Below, piece by piece: positions 40,636-53,002 of a stretch of 64,000 nt of DNA (the stretch's first letter is position 1; the number at the start of each line of letters is the position of its first letter). The translations under genes and the position numbers were made by a program. This DNA is from Chrysomallon squamiferum (lineage: Eukaryota > Animalia > Mollusca), in contig CM022673.1 in assembly GCA_012295275.1 (NCBI GenBank), positions 20,584,001 through 20,648,000 of the forward strand, written 5' to 3'. Below the pieces are notes generated by a model. The model was not told the DNA's origin, ran no database searches, and saw only the letters and a list, made by a program, of their open reading frames with translations.

Positions 40636-43600
40636 TGACACAATTGTTATTTGATATTTCTTTGTACAGAAAAATGATTAATTAAAATATTTGTTTGAAT
40701 CACGGCAATGTTTTCTTTAAACTGTAAAAACATATATTTAAAAAGATAATAAAGGTAATAATAAATGTGAAATTTATAAACAAATGGGTTATAAAAATCA
40801 ATTTTATATTACAGACAACAGAAATACAAAACATCTACAAGCACAGGCAGACAGCGAGACAAACACATCATTACTGACTAAGCTTTCAATATATTCTTCA
40901 TTGGTTTGGCATTAACATGGTTAAAATAAATGATCCACGTCAGTAAACCTTTGAAACACCTAGAGACAGTAATTTACACACGTCATGTCTTAATACAGGT
41001 TGATGTTCAGGAGTAGGGCCCACATAACTATTACCTTTTATGTGTTGGCAAATTTCATGCATAGGTGGGCATGGATTTTTACTTTGTTCTTTTACAGTGA
41101 AAAAAAAACAATGGAGAGGCACATAGAGACATAAAACAACTAATGCAGAGTTATAATCAAATTATATAAGACACAGACTGACTTATGTGAGATAGTTTAT
41201 TTGATGATATTATAGAGATATACAAACAGATAAACATACATACAATAACTAATCAGATGATTTAATAAAGCACAGCTTGGTCTGTCTGTATTCGACACAA
41301 ACATTAATCTGTGATATCACTTACTATGCATCAGCCTCACAAATATAACTAATCTACAACATATGACTTTCTACAACATTCTAGCATATGTCAGATACTC
41401 ATAGAAGACATAAAACACAGACAGACAGACAGACGGACAGAGAGTCATTGATCTGTGACATGATTTTAAGGCATGAGCTCAGGTGTTCTGAGAGTGTTAC
41501 AACAATCAGACGGAACATTCCGGTATTTACCTCGGTATCCCCACCCCGTCTCCTACGACTACGAGTGCTTGTTACCTCCTGAAAAGTGACCATGGTCAAT
41601 ACAGAAAACAACAAAAACAAAAACTAAAATCACTGTAAAAAGTGATAAACAAAACTTAAACATAATTTCATTATCAGAGTTGAATTTTTCTCCATTTGTA
41701 ATTTTTTTTAAATATTACTTAACAAAGGCAGGATAAAGATTATTTATAATTCAACTTTGATAATGAAATGTTATTGCAAACAAAACCATGCAGAAACAAA
41801 ACAAGTGTCAGTTTGTTTTTTCAAAGAGTTTTCTTTTTATAATAATAATAGTGTTTTAAAAATTAGTTACGCTGATGATGATCTGTATTTTGCTATTATA
41901 TCAGTTACAGTTTTAATTTTTTGTCTCGAAATCAAAGTTTATGATCTTACAAAAGCCGATAAAATACATATACTTTTTTAAAAGAAAAATTATAATAAAT
42001 TAAATTATAAAACTGATATTTTGGAAATAAAGAAAAAAGAAGAAGAAACTGAATGTCAAAATATTTTTATCACACACTGGTAAATATTGCATACTTTTGT
42101 TAAAGTGTACATGTGATGACAGAAAAACCAGATTATGTACTAGTATATGATAGATTCATATGTTTGTTTATTGTTATTGGACACAACAATCTTAGATAAC
42201 AATAATATAAAATAAAAGCATAATATGATAGTGGAATCTGAGACTTTCATATTGTTGTTTTTTTCTGTTTAAATTTCTGTATAAATTTTTATATAATCTT
42301 TGCAGATTTACTTTGATGTAGAATAACAGTGTTTGGAATGATACATGTAGGTAAAGTGACATTCTTTGGACTGAAATTTTATTATCATATTTTATTATTA
42401 AAAAAGATTGATGTTTATTTAACAAATATATAATTCAACTGGACTGTTCTTTTCATATCATCAAATATTCACTTTAACCAAAGTTGTTTTAATCAAAGCA
42501 AATAAGATTTTAATAAATTCACAAATATCTGACTTTAGCAGCTTTAAAACCAAAAGTTTAAAATATTAGTAAGAACCACCAAAAAACTGAACATTTGAAT
42601 TTCTTCGGCCAAGCTTAAAATTACTTTTATTTTGCAAAACTTTTACAAACTAAATATATATTATTTTCATGTTGTGATTTTTCTTTTATATTTTCTTATT
42701 TTGGAACATGCTGATGCTTGAAATGTAAGGATAAGCCAGAACAATTGGTTACACCTTCAGTTCAGTTCAAAAACATCTAATGTTTATTTCTTGTTGTGAC
42801 CAGACTGTTCAAAAACTGATAAAGATATTTACTTTCCTATAGTTCTCTCTTACTGATAACTGTATATTATCATTATAAAAAAATACATACTTAATAAACA
42901 TTAATATTAAATTAATTAATAATTTGCTAATGGAGTGAATATAGCCAAAACAAGCTGAATTTAGCACCAAAAAGATTTAAAACGATTGCTCCACCCACCA
43001 ATTTACATTAGACTTTGTCTTTTAAGTTTGGCCTTAGATCCTCATAACAGATATATATGTATGACAAAAACTGAAACTCTGAAATTAGAAAACCGTAACA
43101 AATCTACTATAACAATGTCCTAGGTAAGAGAAACAAAAAAGGTTTTGGATGGTTCACCTCTGCAGGAGCTTCGTCCTCACCACCACGGTTACGCCTGCTT
43201 CTTCGACTAGTAGTTTCTTCTTCTGCTGGGGTCTCGGAGGCTCTGCAAACAACACATTTCAACTTTTATAAAATAATTATTTAATCAGTCTTTAAGATAA
43301 AGTGAAAATTAAAATGTTTTGTTACAGTTTTTCAGTTGTTTTGATGAAACCTGAATGAATGTTAAAAATTAAATTTCTATGTATCAATCTGTTGGTCTTT
43401 GCACTGTTATTTTTTTTTTTACATATTTATTTTATTATATTTTATTTTATTTTATTTATCAATGTCACATTTAGGTACCTGTAAATTAATATTTAATTAT
43501 CATTATATTTTTTGATGTATCTTATCATTTTAATTACATAAAACTGAAAAATTACCTGATCTATGATTTGAAAAAGAGAAATCCAAAATTATGTTTTAGA

Positions 43601-46600
43601 TTTAGAAATATCTTTATTAAAATAATGATAATAATAAAATCAATCCTTTTATACTACATTTCAAGTCAAAAATAAATAATGTTAACAACATATTAATTAA
43701 ATTATTCATCATTATTGTTATTAAGGTAAATGAAATAAAAATAATGTGAAAAAACTGGAGTCAAACACACACAGTAGGATTATTATCAGTAATCACAACA
43801 TGCGTAAAAAAAAGAAGTAATTTTAGATAAAATTTATAATTATCTTTATTTCAAATTCTCTGATCTGCCATAAATAAATGAATTAATCATTTTTTTTGTA
43901 ACTCTTTAACTTATTTTAATATTAGATATTAGATATTTAATATTAGAATAATTTATAAAACTTTTGTCAATAAATGATTATTTAAATGATTAAACCAATG
44001 TTTTACATTGCTCAGGTTACTTTTATAGATTAGCAAAAAGTGGTCATTTATATTAACTTTCCCAGAGACAGAAACACATAACTTTGTTAAACCAGACACT
44101 TATCATTTCTAAAAGGGAAATAATTCAGTCAGTACATCAAGTAGGATTGATTCTGAAACCCAGTAATTCTGTAACACATAACCCTGAAACCTTCAACTGA
44201 TATTTTACCTGCAGGTAATCTGATGGAATGAATGAATGATATGATTAAATGATTAATTACCCAGTATGTTTTCAGTAAGTTAGAACAGAAACTAATGAGA
44301 TGTTTATGATAAAGTTGGTTTCAATCAAGCCTGTTTAGATTATACATAATTTAAATTAAACAAAAATGATATCTATTTTTACATAAATTCTGTCATTTAT
44401 TTTATTTTATTATATTATTGTTTGATTATTAATTAATTTATTTATTTATTCACTCATTTGTTTTTTATTTTTTTCTAAATTTGATTTCTTAAAATTATTA
44501 TTTTCGTTTTTTATATTATTTTTAGAAAAAACAAAAAAACAAAACAAAATAAAACATGAATATATGGTTTCCATTTCATGAAAAGTGATATGTTTGTTAT
44601 GTTAAAAAAAGAAACTTCTTACAACTGTTTGTTGAGAAACAGAGTATATCACTGGAAGATAAATTTGCCTTTAAAAATGTCAGTTTATATTTTATTTACA
44701 TAGTTTGTTGGAAAAGATAAGCAAAAACATTTTTTACAAATGAAAATGTAAAAAAAAAAAATTTAAGAAATAAAAACCTAGTAAAAGATTTTCTTTTTAA
44801 AGTTCTTCCATGTATTGAAGACTGTTAAAAAGAAAATAATATAACAGAATACCATACTTATGTGAAAATATACTGCATTTAATTATCTGGGCAATAAAAA
44901 AAATAAATCTTAAATAGTATACCATACAAGAAAAGATACGGCAGTAAAAAACAAAATAACATATTTATTTGTTGGAGAAAGATTACAAGAATACTACACC
45001 ACATCTGACACAGAGCAGAAGAGAAAAATGTTGGCACTCTGCCAGAAGTTCTTGCCTGAGTCGAGCTTCTCTCCGCTCTCGCCTCCTTCGCTCAAGGTCA
45101 TCCTCACCATTAATAGTACTAGACTCACTTGCGTCTCTACATTAACCACACAGAAAAAACATGTTAAGCCACACAGGAGATGATACAAGCAGGGAGGAAA
45201 GAAACAAAAATGGCAAAAAGTTCCTGGAAAACAAAATCTTCAAAACCATCCATAAAAATAAAATAAAACAAATTAATGCATTGAGTAAAACAAAAACAGG
45301 AACACAATTAGGTTTTGTTGCAATCCATGTGGAGAATTAATTATGCATGAGGTGCAGTTAGATTGTTTTTGGATTAAATATAAGGAAATTTATCCTTTTT
45401 GTTAGAAAATAAAAAAATTTGCTGCATTGTTGTTATATCAATTTCATAAAAAGAAGTATTACATTTCTTTTTTTTTACTCTTTTTTTTGATAATCTTATA
45501 AAAATACATACACCTTTTATATAAGCATGAATGATTATTTTTTTCTATCAATAAAAATAAAATTATGAAAAAACATAATAATTCAACCAAACATGGATCC
45601 AACAAATGAAAAACCAAAGAAAGCCACATCAAATTATAATTAAATCATTGCTCTTCATAAAGGGCAGTTTCAACTGCACAGACTAAATTAATTTTATATA
45701 CAAATTATTTCCATGTTACTGTTTTATTTTATTTTAATAATACCACATTTTCCTGGTATAATTCTGAAAGAACTGTAAAAAATCCCTGATTTCTATGATA
45801 AGGCAACTTAGAAATAGTTCATCATCTATAACTACATGGGTTTATTATTTTATACCATACTTTACTTTTAGCTACTGCTGGCTTTAAGAAACTGATAAAA
45901 TAATGACTTGAAAAATACAAAATCTATTTAGTCTATGCCTCCATCACAGTCAGTGAGCAATGATAATTATTCACGTGGAATTTCTTTGGTTTCATATTAA
46001 ATGTTCAATTTATTTTCATATCACTATTTTTAATTTTATTATTATTTTTTTATCACACATGACTGTTCTTAAAGGGAATTAATCAAACATGAAATAAAGA
46101 AAAGGGAAGTAAATCAGATAAATTTCAAACAAAATAATATAAAACACTGTTAAAAAGATAAATAAGGAAAACTAAAAATATAAAAACTGAACAATACTTT
46201 AGAAAAGATTTTTCATCTAAATTTGTGAAACTTTACATATTCAAAATATTTTATTTTCAATTTGTCATTTATTTTTAGATGTCCACAGTAGATAAGTACT
46301 GAAGTTAATTAATTTATATTCAAATGTTCTTAAAGCAGAATTTTTCATATAGTTACAAAAGAAATTAAATTAAGTCTATGTACAAATATTATAATTATGT
46401 GAAACTGATTATGTTATATTGATCAGGTAAAATAATATTTATTAATAAGATGCAGTCATTATGTATTTTCATATGTTGCTTTTTTATTTGCATTTGTGTC
46501 CAGGAACTTGCATGTTTGTGTTAATGAGTTTGTGTATGTATAAGTTTATTCAGTAAGTTAGTATTATACTACAGTTCATGCATATATGCATATGCATACA

Positions 46601-49600
46601 TACATAATATTGTACTTCATTTTACTTATATATTTATGTATGTATATATGTATGTATGGATTTATATATGCATACTTGCATATATATATTATAATGTTTG
46701 CTTATTGCATAATATGTATGTACGTGTAGAATATTGGTTTGTACATGACAGTTTCACTATGGTGTCTTCAGATAACAAACAACACTATGAATTCCTTTTA
46801 TCTCCACAGTCACGTGAACACTGGCCTCTCTCTGGCACAGACATGGGCTGCAAGTGCTCTTCTCCATTAGCTACTCATATTTACAGCATCGTGACATAAC
46901 AGCCTGTATCAGTTTCAAGGATCTTGGCATACAGTTAGATATGCTAACCATCAGGTACTCCAGTTCATGTAACTAGTCCCAGAATGTCTGCTGGCACAAA
47001 CAAGCCAAACTGCACAAGGAATGCATAAAATTGAAGCACTGTCCATAAACATTTCCCTTTGGTCAGAGTTTATCTTTCAGGATTATACACCTGAGAAATG
47101 TATTTCCTTTTTCCTGTAATGACAGGAACTATATCCTGGGTCCATTGCCATGGAAACATCAGAACATATGGTTGAGATATGCTAAGATATGCTCCACTAC
47201 ACATACAGTAAATAAAACATCAAACTTTTGTTGGTGAAGGGGGCAAAAAAATAATAAACAGAATTAACTGCAGAAGCAAACAAACTCTAAAATGACAGGA
47301 AAAAAGAAATCTCCTCAAAGCCAAATATTTACTGTTAAAGTTAAATTTTTTGATACCTTTCTAGCAGATGGCCAGTTGTTGTTGATTATTTTTCCCATTA
47401 TTTTTATTATTACTATTTTTGTTTTTAGTTTTAGTAGAATCTGTAGTAGACATGTTAGTTAAGAAATACTACCAGTCTCAAAACATCTACTTTAGAAATT
47501 TGACTTTTCCTGTGTTATAATTTTATGATTATTACTTTTTCTCTTTTTTCCTATTTTTTTCTTCAGAATACAAATTTGAATAGAAACAACCCTTTTGTCT
47601 ATACTTAATCAAGAAACACTGAGTAACTGCTATAAGGAACCCAATTCAAAGAACTGAAAATAAATCCAATTTTTAATAACTTGATTAAATTTATAATCAA
47701 TTTAGCAAAGATAAGTTTATGCCCTATTGTGCTTGACAAAATGTGTATTGTTTTCCTGCACTATGGTTAATATCCTCATTTACATTTTACAAGTAACAGC
47801 GAACTAACTGATTTTAACTTATAAAACATATTTATATCTTTCAGACTGTAGAGATCTTCTTTATTCAGAAATCATTTTTAAAATTATAACTTTTCCACTA
47901 TTTTCATAAAAGCTAATAAGACCATTTTCAATTACTGTTCAGACTTAAAAATTTATAAGAATAAATGTCTGAACAGATTAGCTTAAGATGTGACAAATGA
48001 AGATCAGTTACATCTCAGTTATCAAACAATAAATGGGATCCAGAAACCATGAACCCTTTCATTCATATTTGTTCATACACTGAGGAAACTTTTCTGTAAC
48101 TAATGCTAATCATTTAAAAAAGTAGTACAATACTGATAAAAATAAAAATGTTCAGGAAAATTAATAAAGAATAATCAAAGTCCAATACAGATAGAATCAA
48201 ATCTATAAAATGAATAAAATAAATATTAAAAAAATCTATAACAACTTAAACAAACAAAAAAAAAACACCCACAAAAACATCCACCAAATTTTTTCCAGAA
48301 GCATTTACTAAATGAACATCAGAGTAAAAAGTAAAAATCACACAAATAAATTAATAATTTTTACCTTCAAAATATTGTCCAGGATTCAGAAAAGATGACA
48401 AAGTGAAATGCCGAAAGGAAATGAGAGCCTTACACCCTACAGAAGACTCTTCACACAGGAAAGATAGAAAACTACTGACTGAAGAACAAACTCTATGGCA
48501 GTCCTACAGAATGACCTGTCAACCAGCCAAGGACCAGCTACCTTATTGAGATGTGCAGCCAGCAAGTTGTGGCAATCAACACTCCCGGAAACAAGAGCAT
48601 ATCTCATTACACTCCTGTCCCCAAAAATAGATTCCATCATAACAATAATATGCACACACATACAGATTTTCTGAGGCATGCCGGTCATGCATTTGTCCTT
48701 TCCACGAGAGTTGTTAGAAACTAGATATCCTTTTGACCAGATGACATTTTGGCCCAAATCACCAGTGCACTAAACATTTAGACAGACATTCCACAGACCT
48801 TTCACTACCAGTCTGCTAATTAACAATCCAAGAAACAGAGAAGACAGTTGATCAGAATTCATTAAATATCATTTGTAAAACCTTGAGTCACAAATGATGA
48901 CAAAATTTTAATACTTACTTTTAAAGATGACAAAGATGACAAACACTGTGTTGTTCTGACTCTAAGCAGCGTGTGAGGATAAAAAGAAAAGTGTTAAGGA
49001 GAAAGGCAGGTGGTTATGGATTGAGAAACCTGATCTGTGAAAAAACGTCAGAGGATGCAGTACACAGAGCTGCGGGGATATTTTCAGGTAAGCAACAAAT
49101 TGTTTATGATAATTTTTCCTTCAACTGACTTCTCCAGAGCTTCAGAAAAAATAATTCCAGCCTTGTAAATAGGCTTTAACAATACTCTTTGTTACTAAAA
49201 TGACTTTTAACATGTTTTAACAATATTCTTTGTAATGTTACAGTTTCAACATGTTCTAACCATAATCTTTGATAATGAAACAATTTTTATGAAGTTTTTT
49301 TTTTCAACAATACTCTTTCATAATGTAAATTTTTCACAATGTTTCATAACCTAAAACTCAACAAACAGGAATTAATAAAAACTGCTAAAACCCAAGTAAA
49401 TCACACTGATTGTTATATACTGTATGCAGCCAAAAGAATACCAGTTATGATACATAATTTTAAAAATAATTTTGGTTCCTTGGTTGGTCACAACTGAACA
49501 TGCCAAATTTGTGTAAAAGGTGGGTAGACTGTATAACGTTATGATTGAAAAAACTAAATCAGAAAACCATATTTATATCTTACAGCAAAATAATTAAAAC

Positions 49601-52533
49601 ACATATCTTTTGATTTTTTTTTTAAACTCATCTTTTATTAATCTGATCCTATAAGTGAGTGTAATTAATTATTCATCAAAGAGTTGATAATGAAACTAAA
49701 CATATCTTGTATTATGTGTGTTATTTTCCAGCTATTGTTCTTACTAGATTCCATTGTACACCAAACAAGCAGTGATGAAACTAGACTCAGTGAATTATGT
49801 TACATTACTCATTAAACATCCAGCAATGAAACTATATAATGTGTGTGTGTGTGTGTGTGTGTGTGTACCATGAATCTATGTATGTTTAACAGAGCTAATG
49901 TGAATATGTGTCCAGTGACTCTCTACTGGTGTTTGAGTATGTCTGTATATGTGTGAGAGATTTGTGAAGTAGTGTGTGTGTATGTGTGTGTGTGTGTGTG
50001 TGTACTGACAAGATAATTCCTTAACGTAAGATAAATACATCTGTAATACAATGAATACAGACTGATGTTAGTTAATTAATAATGTATCTTTATACATACC
50101 TACTAAAATGCAATTTATTTACTGTGATATACATTATATTATGCAAGATGCTTATTTATAAAATATATATATAGATTTTAGTTTATAAATATGTAAGAAA
50201 TAGATATATATATATATAAAGAAATGTATATTATAAGTGTTTTGATAGATAAGATATAAGAACATTAAGTTATAAGTTATATGTATTTGTATTTGGAAGA
50301 TATATAAAATAGAGTAGAAATGAATATTTGAAATAGAATTCTTACAGGTATCTCCTCCAGGTGCTGGTTCTGAAATGTGTACATTGGTTAATGAAAACTC
50401 ATCATTGTTAATTTAAATTGCTTTTCTGATCCTGCTTTAATGCTATAAACAATTTTTAAGACAAAAATGTCTAAAACAACAACTCAAACCTTTATCTTGA
50501 GATGTCTGATATTCAAAGACATTATTATTACATTATTTTATTTTATTTAATAGTTTTAAAGAATGATATCACTGTTTCAAACTGGATTATATATGTTTGT
50601 TTTCACCTTACAACGTTCAAAAAGCTGACACCTGTTTGTTGGAAGTCTGAAGTATATAATTAAAGTTCCACTCATTTTATTAGATTTAACAAGTTTGAGT
50701 GCCTGCCAAACTTCACTTCACTTACTGCTTCAACAAGATAATTAGAAACCAAAACTAAACAAGTTAATTTTTTTTGCATGTAAATCATTTTAACAGTTTC
50801 ACTGTTTCATACATGATATCTATATCAATCTGGGTCAAAGGCCAAGGTCATTTTCATAGTCAAAGATGAAAGTTAAGGTTGTTAATGTTGTGATGACTTT
50901 TAAGAGTATTTTCAAATGTTACAAATATTGTTTATCAGTTTCTGCATATCTTTAGAGTAAATATAAAATAAAGTAAAACTGAATTTAAAAAATGATGATA
51001 AATCTGATAAATTAATGATATGAAATATCCAGTAAATTCTAAAAAAACCACAAGAATAATACTAACAAACTATTACAAGAAAATAGTTTCTTATTTTCCT
51101 CCTATATTTTTATTTATTGTTATTATTATTGTTATTTTGTTGTTGCTGGTGTTGTTGTTGTTGCTGGTGTTGTTGTTGTTGTTCGTTTATAGATAAATAT
51201 CTGATTCTGTAATATTTTCAGATATAGAACATATATATCATTTTGGAACATTCTCATTCTGAGTGTAAATATCTGAAAATGTTTTTGACTGAGGCACTGA
51301 ACTAATATTCTACCCCAATCATTTCTATGAGACAACTTTCTGTGTGCCAAAATAAATTGCATAAAATTTATGTCATAATCACTTTCTAATGTCCCATTAG
51401 ATTTGTTAAAAACTTTTGAATACAAACAAAAAGATACCAATTTGCTGACAGTACTATTTCTTGCATAAATTTGGTAATTTATTTATTTTTATTTTTTTCT
51501 AAAACCTCCACAGATGAATAATGAGTTAAGAATGATAATATATATACTGTTTATCTAATATTTAATACTTCTATAAAAAACTGAAAAAAAAGAAATAACA
51601 ATTTGATACATATATGTTTGATATGAATAATGACATAAGTTCAAAATTCATTATGATATATTTTAAATTCTGTATAGTTCAATGATTAAATTCTTAAATC
51701 TTTTGTGTAGTGGTAAGTAAATACAGCCTAACTGTATGTTACATATTTCCTGTCACTCTAGCAATCTGTCTTTGCTAGTAAGTTAAATCTTTTTTAGTAA
51801 TAATCTCTTGAAGGTAATTTAAAGCAGATATTTTCTCTTTTATTAAGGCATTATTTTGTACATATAAAAATTAGAGTGAAGGGACACATTTCTGTGTATA
51901 AAATGATATCACAATAATTGAAAAAATTTCAGTAATCACAATTCCTCATCAATGTACTGTTTTATTGTCCTGCTTTATTGCTATAAGTGATTGGACAGGA
52001 GGTATAAAGTTACTTTGAATTAAACACATTATATTCAGGCTATCTGTAAAGCGGCCTACAATACTTTAACAATCCCAGTAATACTTTAACTTTTTTTATT
52101 ATATAAGAATTAATAAAATGTAATGTAGGTGTATAACAGCTTCATAAAAAAATAATACAATAAAGGTTAATATAAAATTTTAAAAATTTCAGGAAGCATT
52201 CACAGATGCAAAATTTCATTAAAATGCTGTAAACAGGATGTAAAAGGGTAGCATGCAAATAAAAAAATAAAAAAAGCATAGAAGCAAACAAATGTAAACA
52301 GTTTATTATGAACTGGTTCTAGATTGGGTAACTCTAAACAAATTAAACACAGACTGGTTCTCATTCTTTATGAGTAACACCATCAACAGTAAACAGTTGA
52401 TTTAGTCTGGTGTTCTGTAAGGGGATAAAAAGAAAATTATAAACAGTAAAAAATGGACTGGTACTCACTCTGTGTCTTCACCTCTTGCCCGTCTGCGTCT
52501 GCGTGCCTCGCGGCGCTCTTCTGCGGTGCTCAT
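17959..52533 (-). CDS. TnI: Troponin I gene (multi-exon CDS span, long N-terminal-extension type)
   Basis: The spliced translation contains invertebrate TnI hallmarks: GLGGLSPEKKKLLKKLIMQKAAEDL, DWEVKIRKQDFEINEL, the inhibitory region GKFIKPVLRKV, DFRSNLKS and C-terminal KPEW. All junction phases are compatible. Confidence 0.95.
18408..18501 (-). CDS. TnI: TnI exon (K)LAKLDKKESRDFRSNLKSTGQNKFALDDKED
   Basis: Acceptor tttgtttcag, donor GAT|gtaagt; 94 nt, phase 2 to 0; DFRxNLK motif. Confidence 0.93.
18740..18781 (-). CDS. TnI: TnI inhibitory-region exon (F)IKPVLRKVNKTES(K)
   Basis: Acceptor cttttacag, donor AA|gtaagt; 42 nt, phase 2 to 2. Confidence 0.95.
21171..21214 (-). CDS. TnI: TnI mutually exclusive exon, variant b: INELTLKVNDTKGK(F)
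   Basis: Acceptor ttctttttcag, donor TT|gtgagt; 44 nt, phase 0 to 2. Confidence 0.93.
21268..21311 (-). CDS. TnI: TnI mutually exclusive exon, variant a: INNLQLKFNDAKGK(F)
   Basis: Acceptor ttttcttgcag, donor TT|gtaagt; 44 nt, same phases as and paralogous to 21171-21214. Confidence 0.82.
22098..22198 (-). CDS. TnI: TnI exon (A)DLQQLCKKLHNKICVLEEEVFDWEVKIRKQDFE
   Basis: Acceptor tttttcacag, donor GAG|gtatcc; 101 nt, phase 1 to 0; IT-arm coiled-coil sequence. Confidence 0.95.
23756..23870. repeat. Degenerate ~40-bp tandem repeat, 3 copies (intronic)
   Basis: gcatt..agggN..tacNNaaaagactNagNcat recurs three times. Confidence 0.7.
24669..24789 (-). CDS. TnI: TnI exon KLIMQKAAEDLRNEAKRKAEEKEKFINAQVPELETSGMNQ
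   Basis: Acceptor tttcctgttgcag, donor AAG|gtataa; 121 nt, phase 0 to 1; overlaps ORF 24505..24795. Confidence 0.96.
26455..26550 (-). CDS. TnI: TnI exon EARRKKEEEAKKKKGKRKGLGGLSPEKKKLLK
   Basis: Acceptor ctcccactccag, donor AAG|gtatat; 96 nt, phase 0 to 0. Confidence 0.95.
26657..26686 (-). CDS. TnI: Candidate 30-nt alternative exon MFETSNTKGS (cassette exon or start of a short isoform)
   Basis: attaaatag|ATG...AGT|gtgagt; in frame with the next exon; weak polypyrimidine tract. Confidence 0.45.
29288..29347 (-). CDS. TnI: TnI N-extension exon EEEARMEEERLERERQEQEE
   Basis: Acceptor tcgtatttag, donor GAG|gtaagt; 60 nt, phase 0 to 0. Confidence 0.9.
30191..30443. repeat. Intronic minisatellite: ~98-bp higher-order unit of ~20-bp subunits, ~2.5 copies
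   Basis: attaatatttactga recurs at ~30196, 30295 and 30393, with related subunits between them. Confidence 0.88.
31107..34298 (-). CDS. TnI: Giant exon B of TnI (3192 nt, 1064 codons, Ser/Lys-rich, predicted disordered)
   Basis: Acceptor atttgtttag|GGA is in frame 20 codons upstream of ORF 31071..34238. Donor GAT AAT|gtaagt lies just before the ORF stop. Phase 0 to 0. Confidence 0.8.
34524..37790 (-). CDS. TnI: Giant exon A of TnI (3267 nt, 1089 codons, acidic/Cys-rich then Ser-rich)
   Basis: Acceptor aatttgtag|GAA is in frame 9 codons upstream of ORF 34497..37763. Donor GAT AGT|gtgagt lies just before the ORF stop. Phase 0 to 0. Confidence 0.8.
38594..38791 (-). CDS. TnI: TnI N-extension exon EPSTDDTAAQEAAAAEAAERRRQQQEEEEEERRREEEKERKRQEAEQRRREEEERAKREEEERKRK
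   Basis: Acceptor cccttgctag, donor AAG|gtaggt; 198 nt, phase 0 to 0; E/R/K single-alpha-helix-like composition. Confidence 0.92.
39899..39931 (-). CDS. TnI: TnI microexon DETPKEEPKQE
   Basis: Acceptor aatttaaccag, donor GAG|gtttgt; 33 nt, phase 0 to 0. Confidence 0.75.
41531..41578 (-). CDS. TnI: TnI small exon EVTSTRSRRRRGGDTE
   Basis: Acceptor cacttttcag, donor GAG|gtaaat; 48 nt, phase 0 to 0; a GC/CpG-rich island within an AT-rich intron. Confidence 0.85.
43158..43242 (-). CDS. TnI: TnI exon (x)ASETPAEEETTSRRSRRNRGGEDEAPAE
   Basis: Acceptor ttgtttgcag, donor GAG|gtgaac; 85 nt, phase 2 to 0. Confidence 0.88.
45056..45136 (-). CDS. TnI: TnI exon (x)DASESSTINGEDDLERRRRERREARL(R); 3' boundary uncertain
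   Basis: Acceptor gttaatgtag, phase 2. The best donor is non-canonical CAG|gcaaga (81 nt); an alternative GA|gtgcca after 45038 gives 99 nt. Both preserve frame. Confidence 0.7.
49176..49330. repeat. Degenerate ~40-bp tandem repeat, ~4 copies
   Basis: tt(t/c)aacaata(c/t)tcttt...aat recurs. Confidence 0.6.
50346..50369 (-). CDS. TnI: Candidate 24-nt TnI microexon (E)TSTWRRY(L)
   Basis: Acceptor cacatttcag, donor CT|gtaaga; frame-preserving, phase 2 to 2; a GC-richer island. Confidence 0.55.
52469..52533 (-). CDS. TnI: TnI first coding exon MSTAEERREARRRRRARGEDT(E); the exon begins at 52564 with 5'UTR
   Basis: Acceptor ttttttgcag at 52565, AATCATG start context, donor GA|gtgagt (phase 2). 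Confidence 0.88.
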
Positions 52534-52970
52534 GATTGGTCAGAATTGGTCAACTAACGAAACTCTGCAAAAAACAATAAAAAATTAATTAATACTTTAA
52601 ACCATTGGTTAAAAAATATATATTTTTCCTGTAATATTTGTGAATGAAATATATATAAATTCTTAAATATAAATAAATAATTAATGAGTTAGACTATTTC
52701 CAGTTCAAACCAGTGTTCAGAAAATCATTTTATCAGAGTATATGTTTTTCTCTGCAGTGAGTGATGTTAAAATTAATATTCATTCATTTCTTTAAAACAT
52801 AAATTTGCATAATATTATATACTTCATTTTATTAATTTATAAATACTTGTGTAATTAATTAATCAGAAAACATTAAGTCCAAATGTATTTGTGTGTCTAG
52901 ATATGTCAATGTATATGATGTATGTGTTTATATTTTGCTTATATTTAGTTCTTGTACATTTAAATGTGTA

Positions 52971-53002
<32 letters not shown>

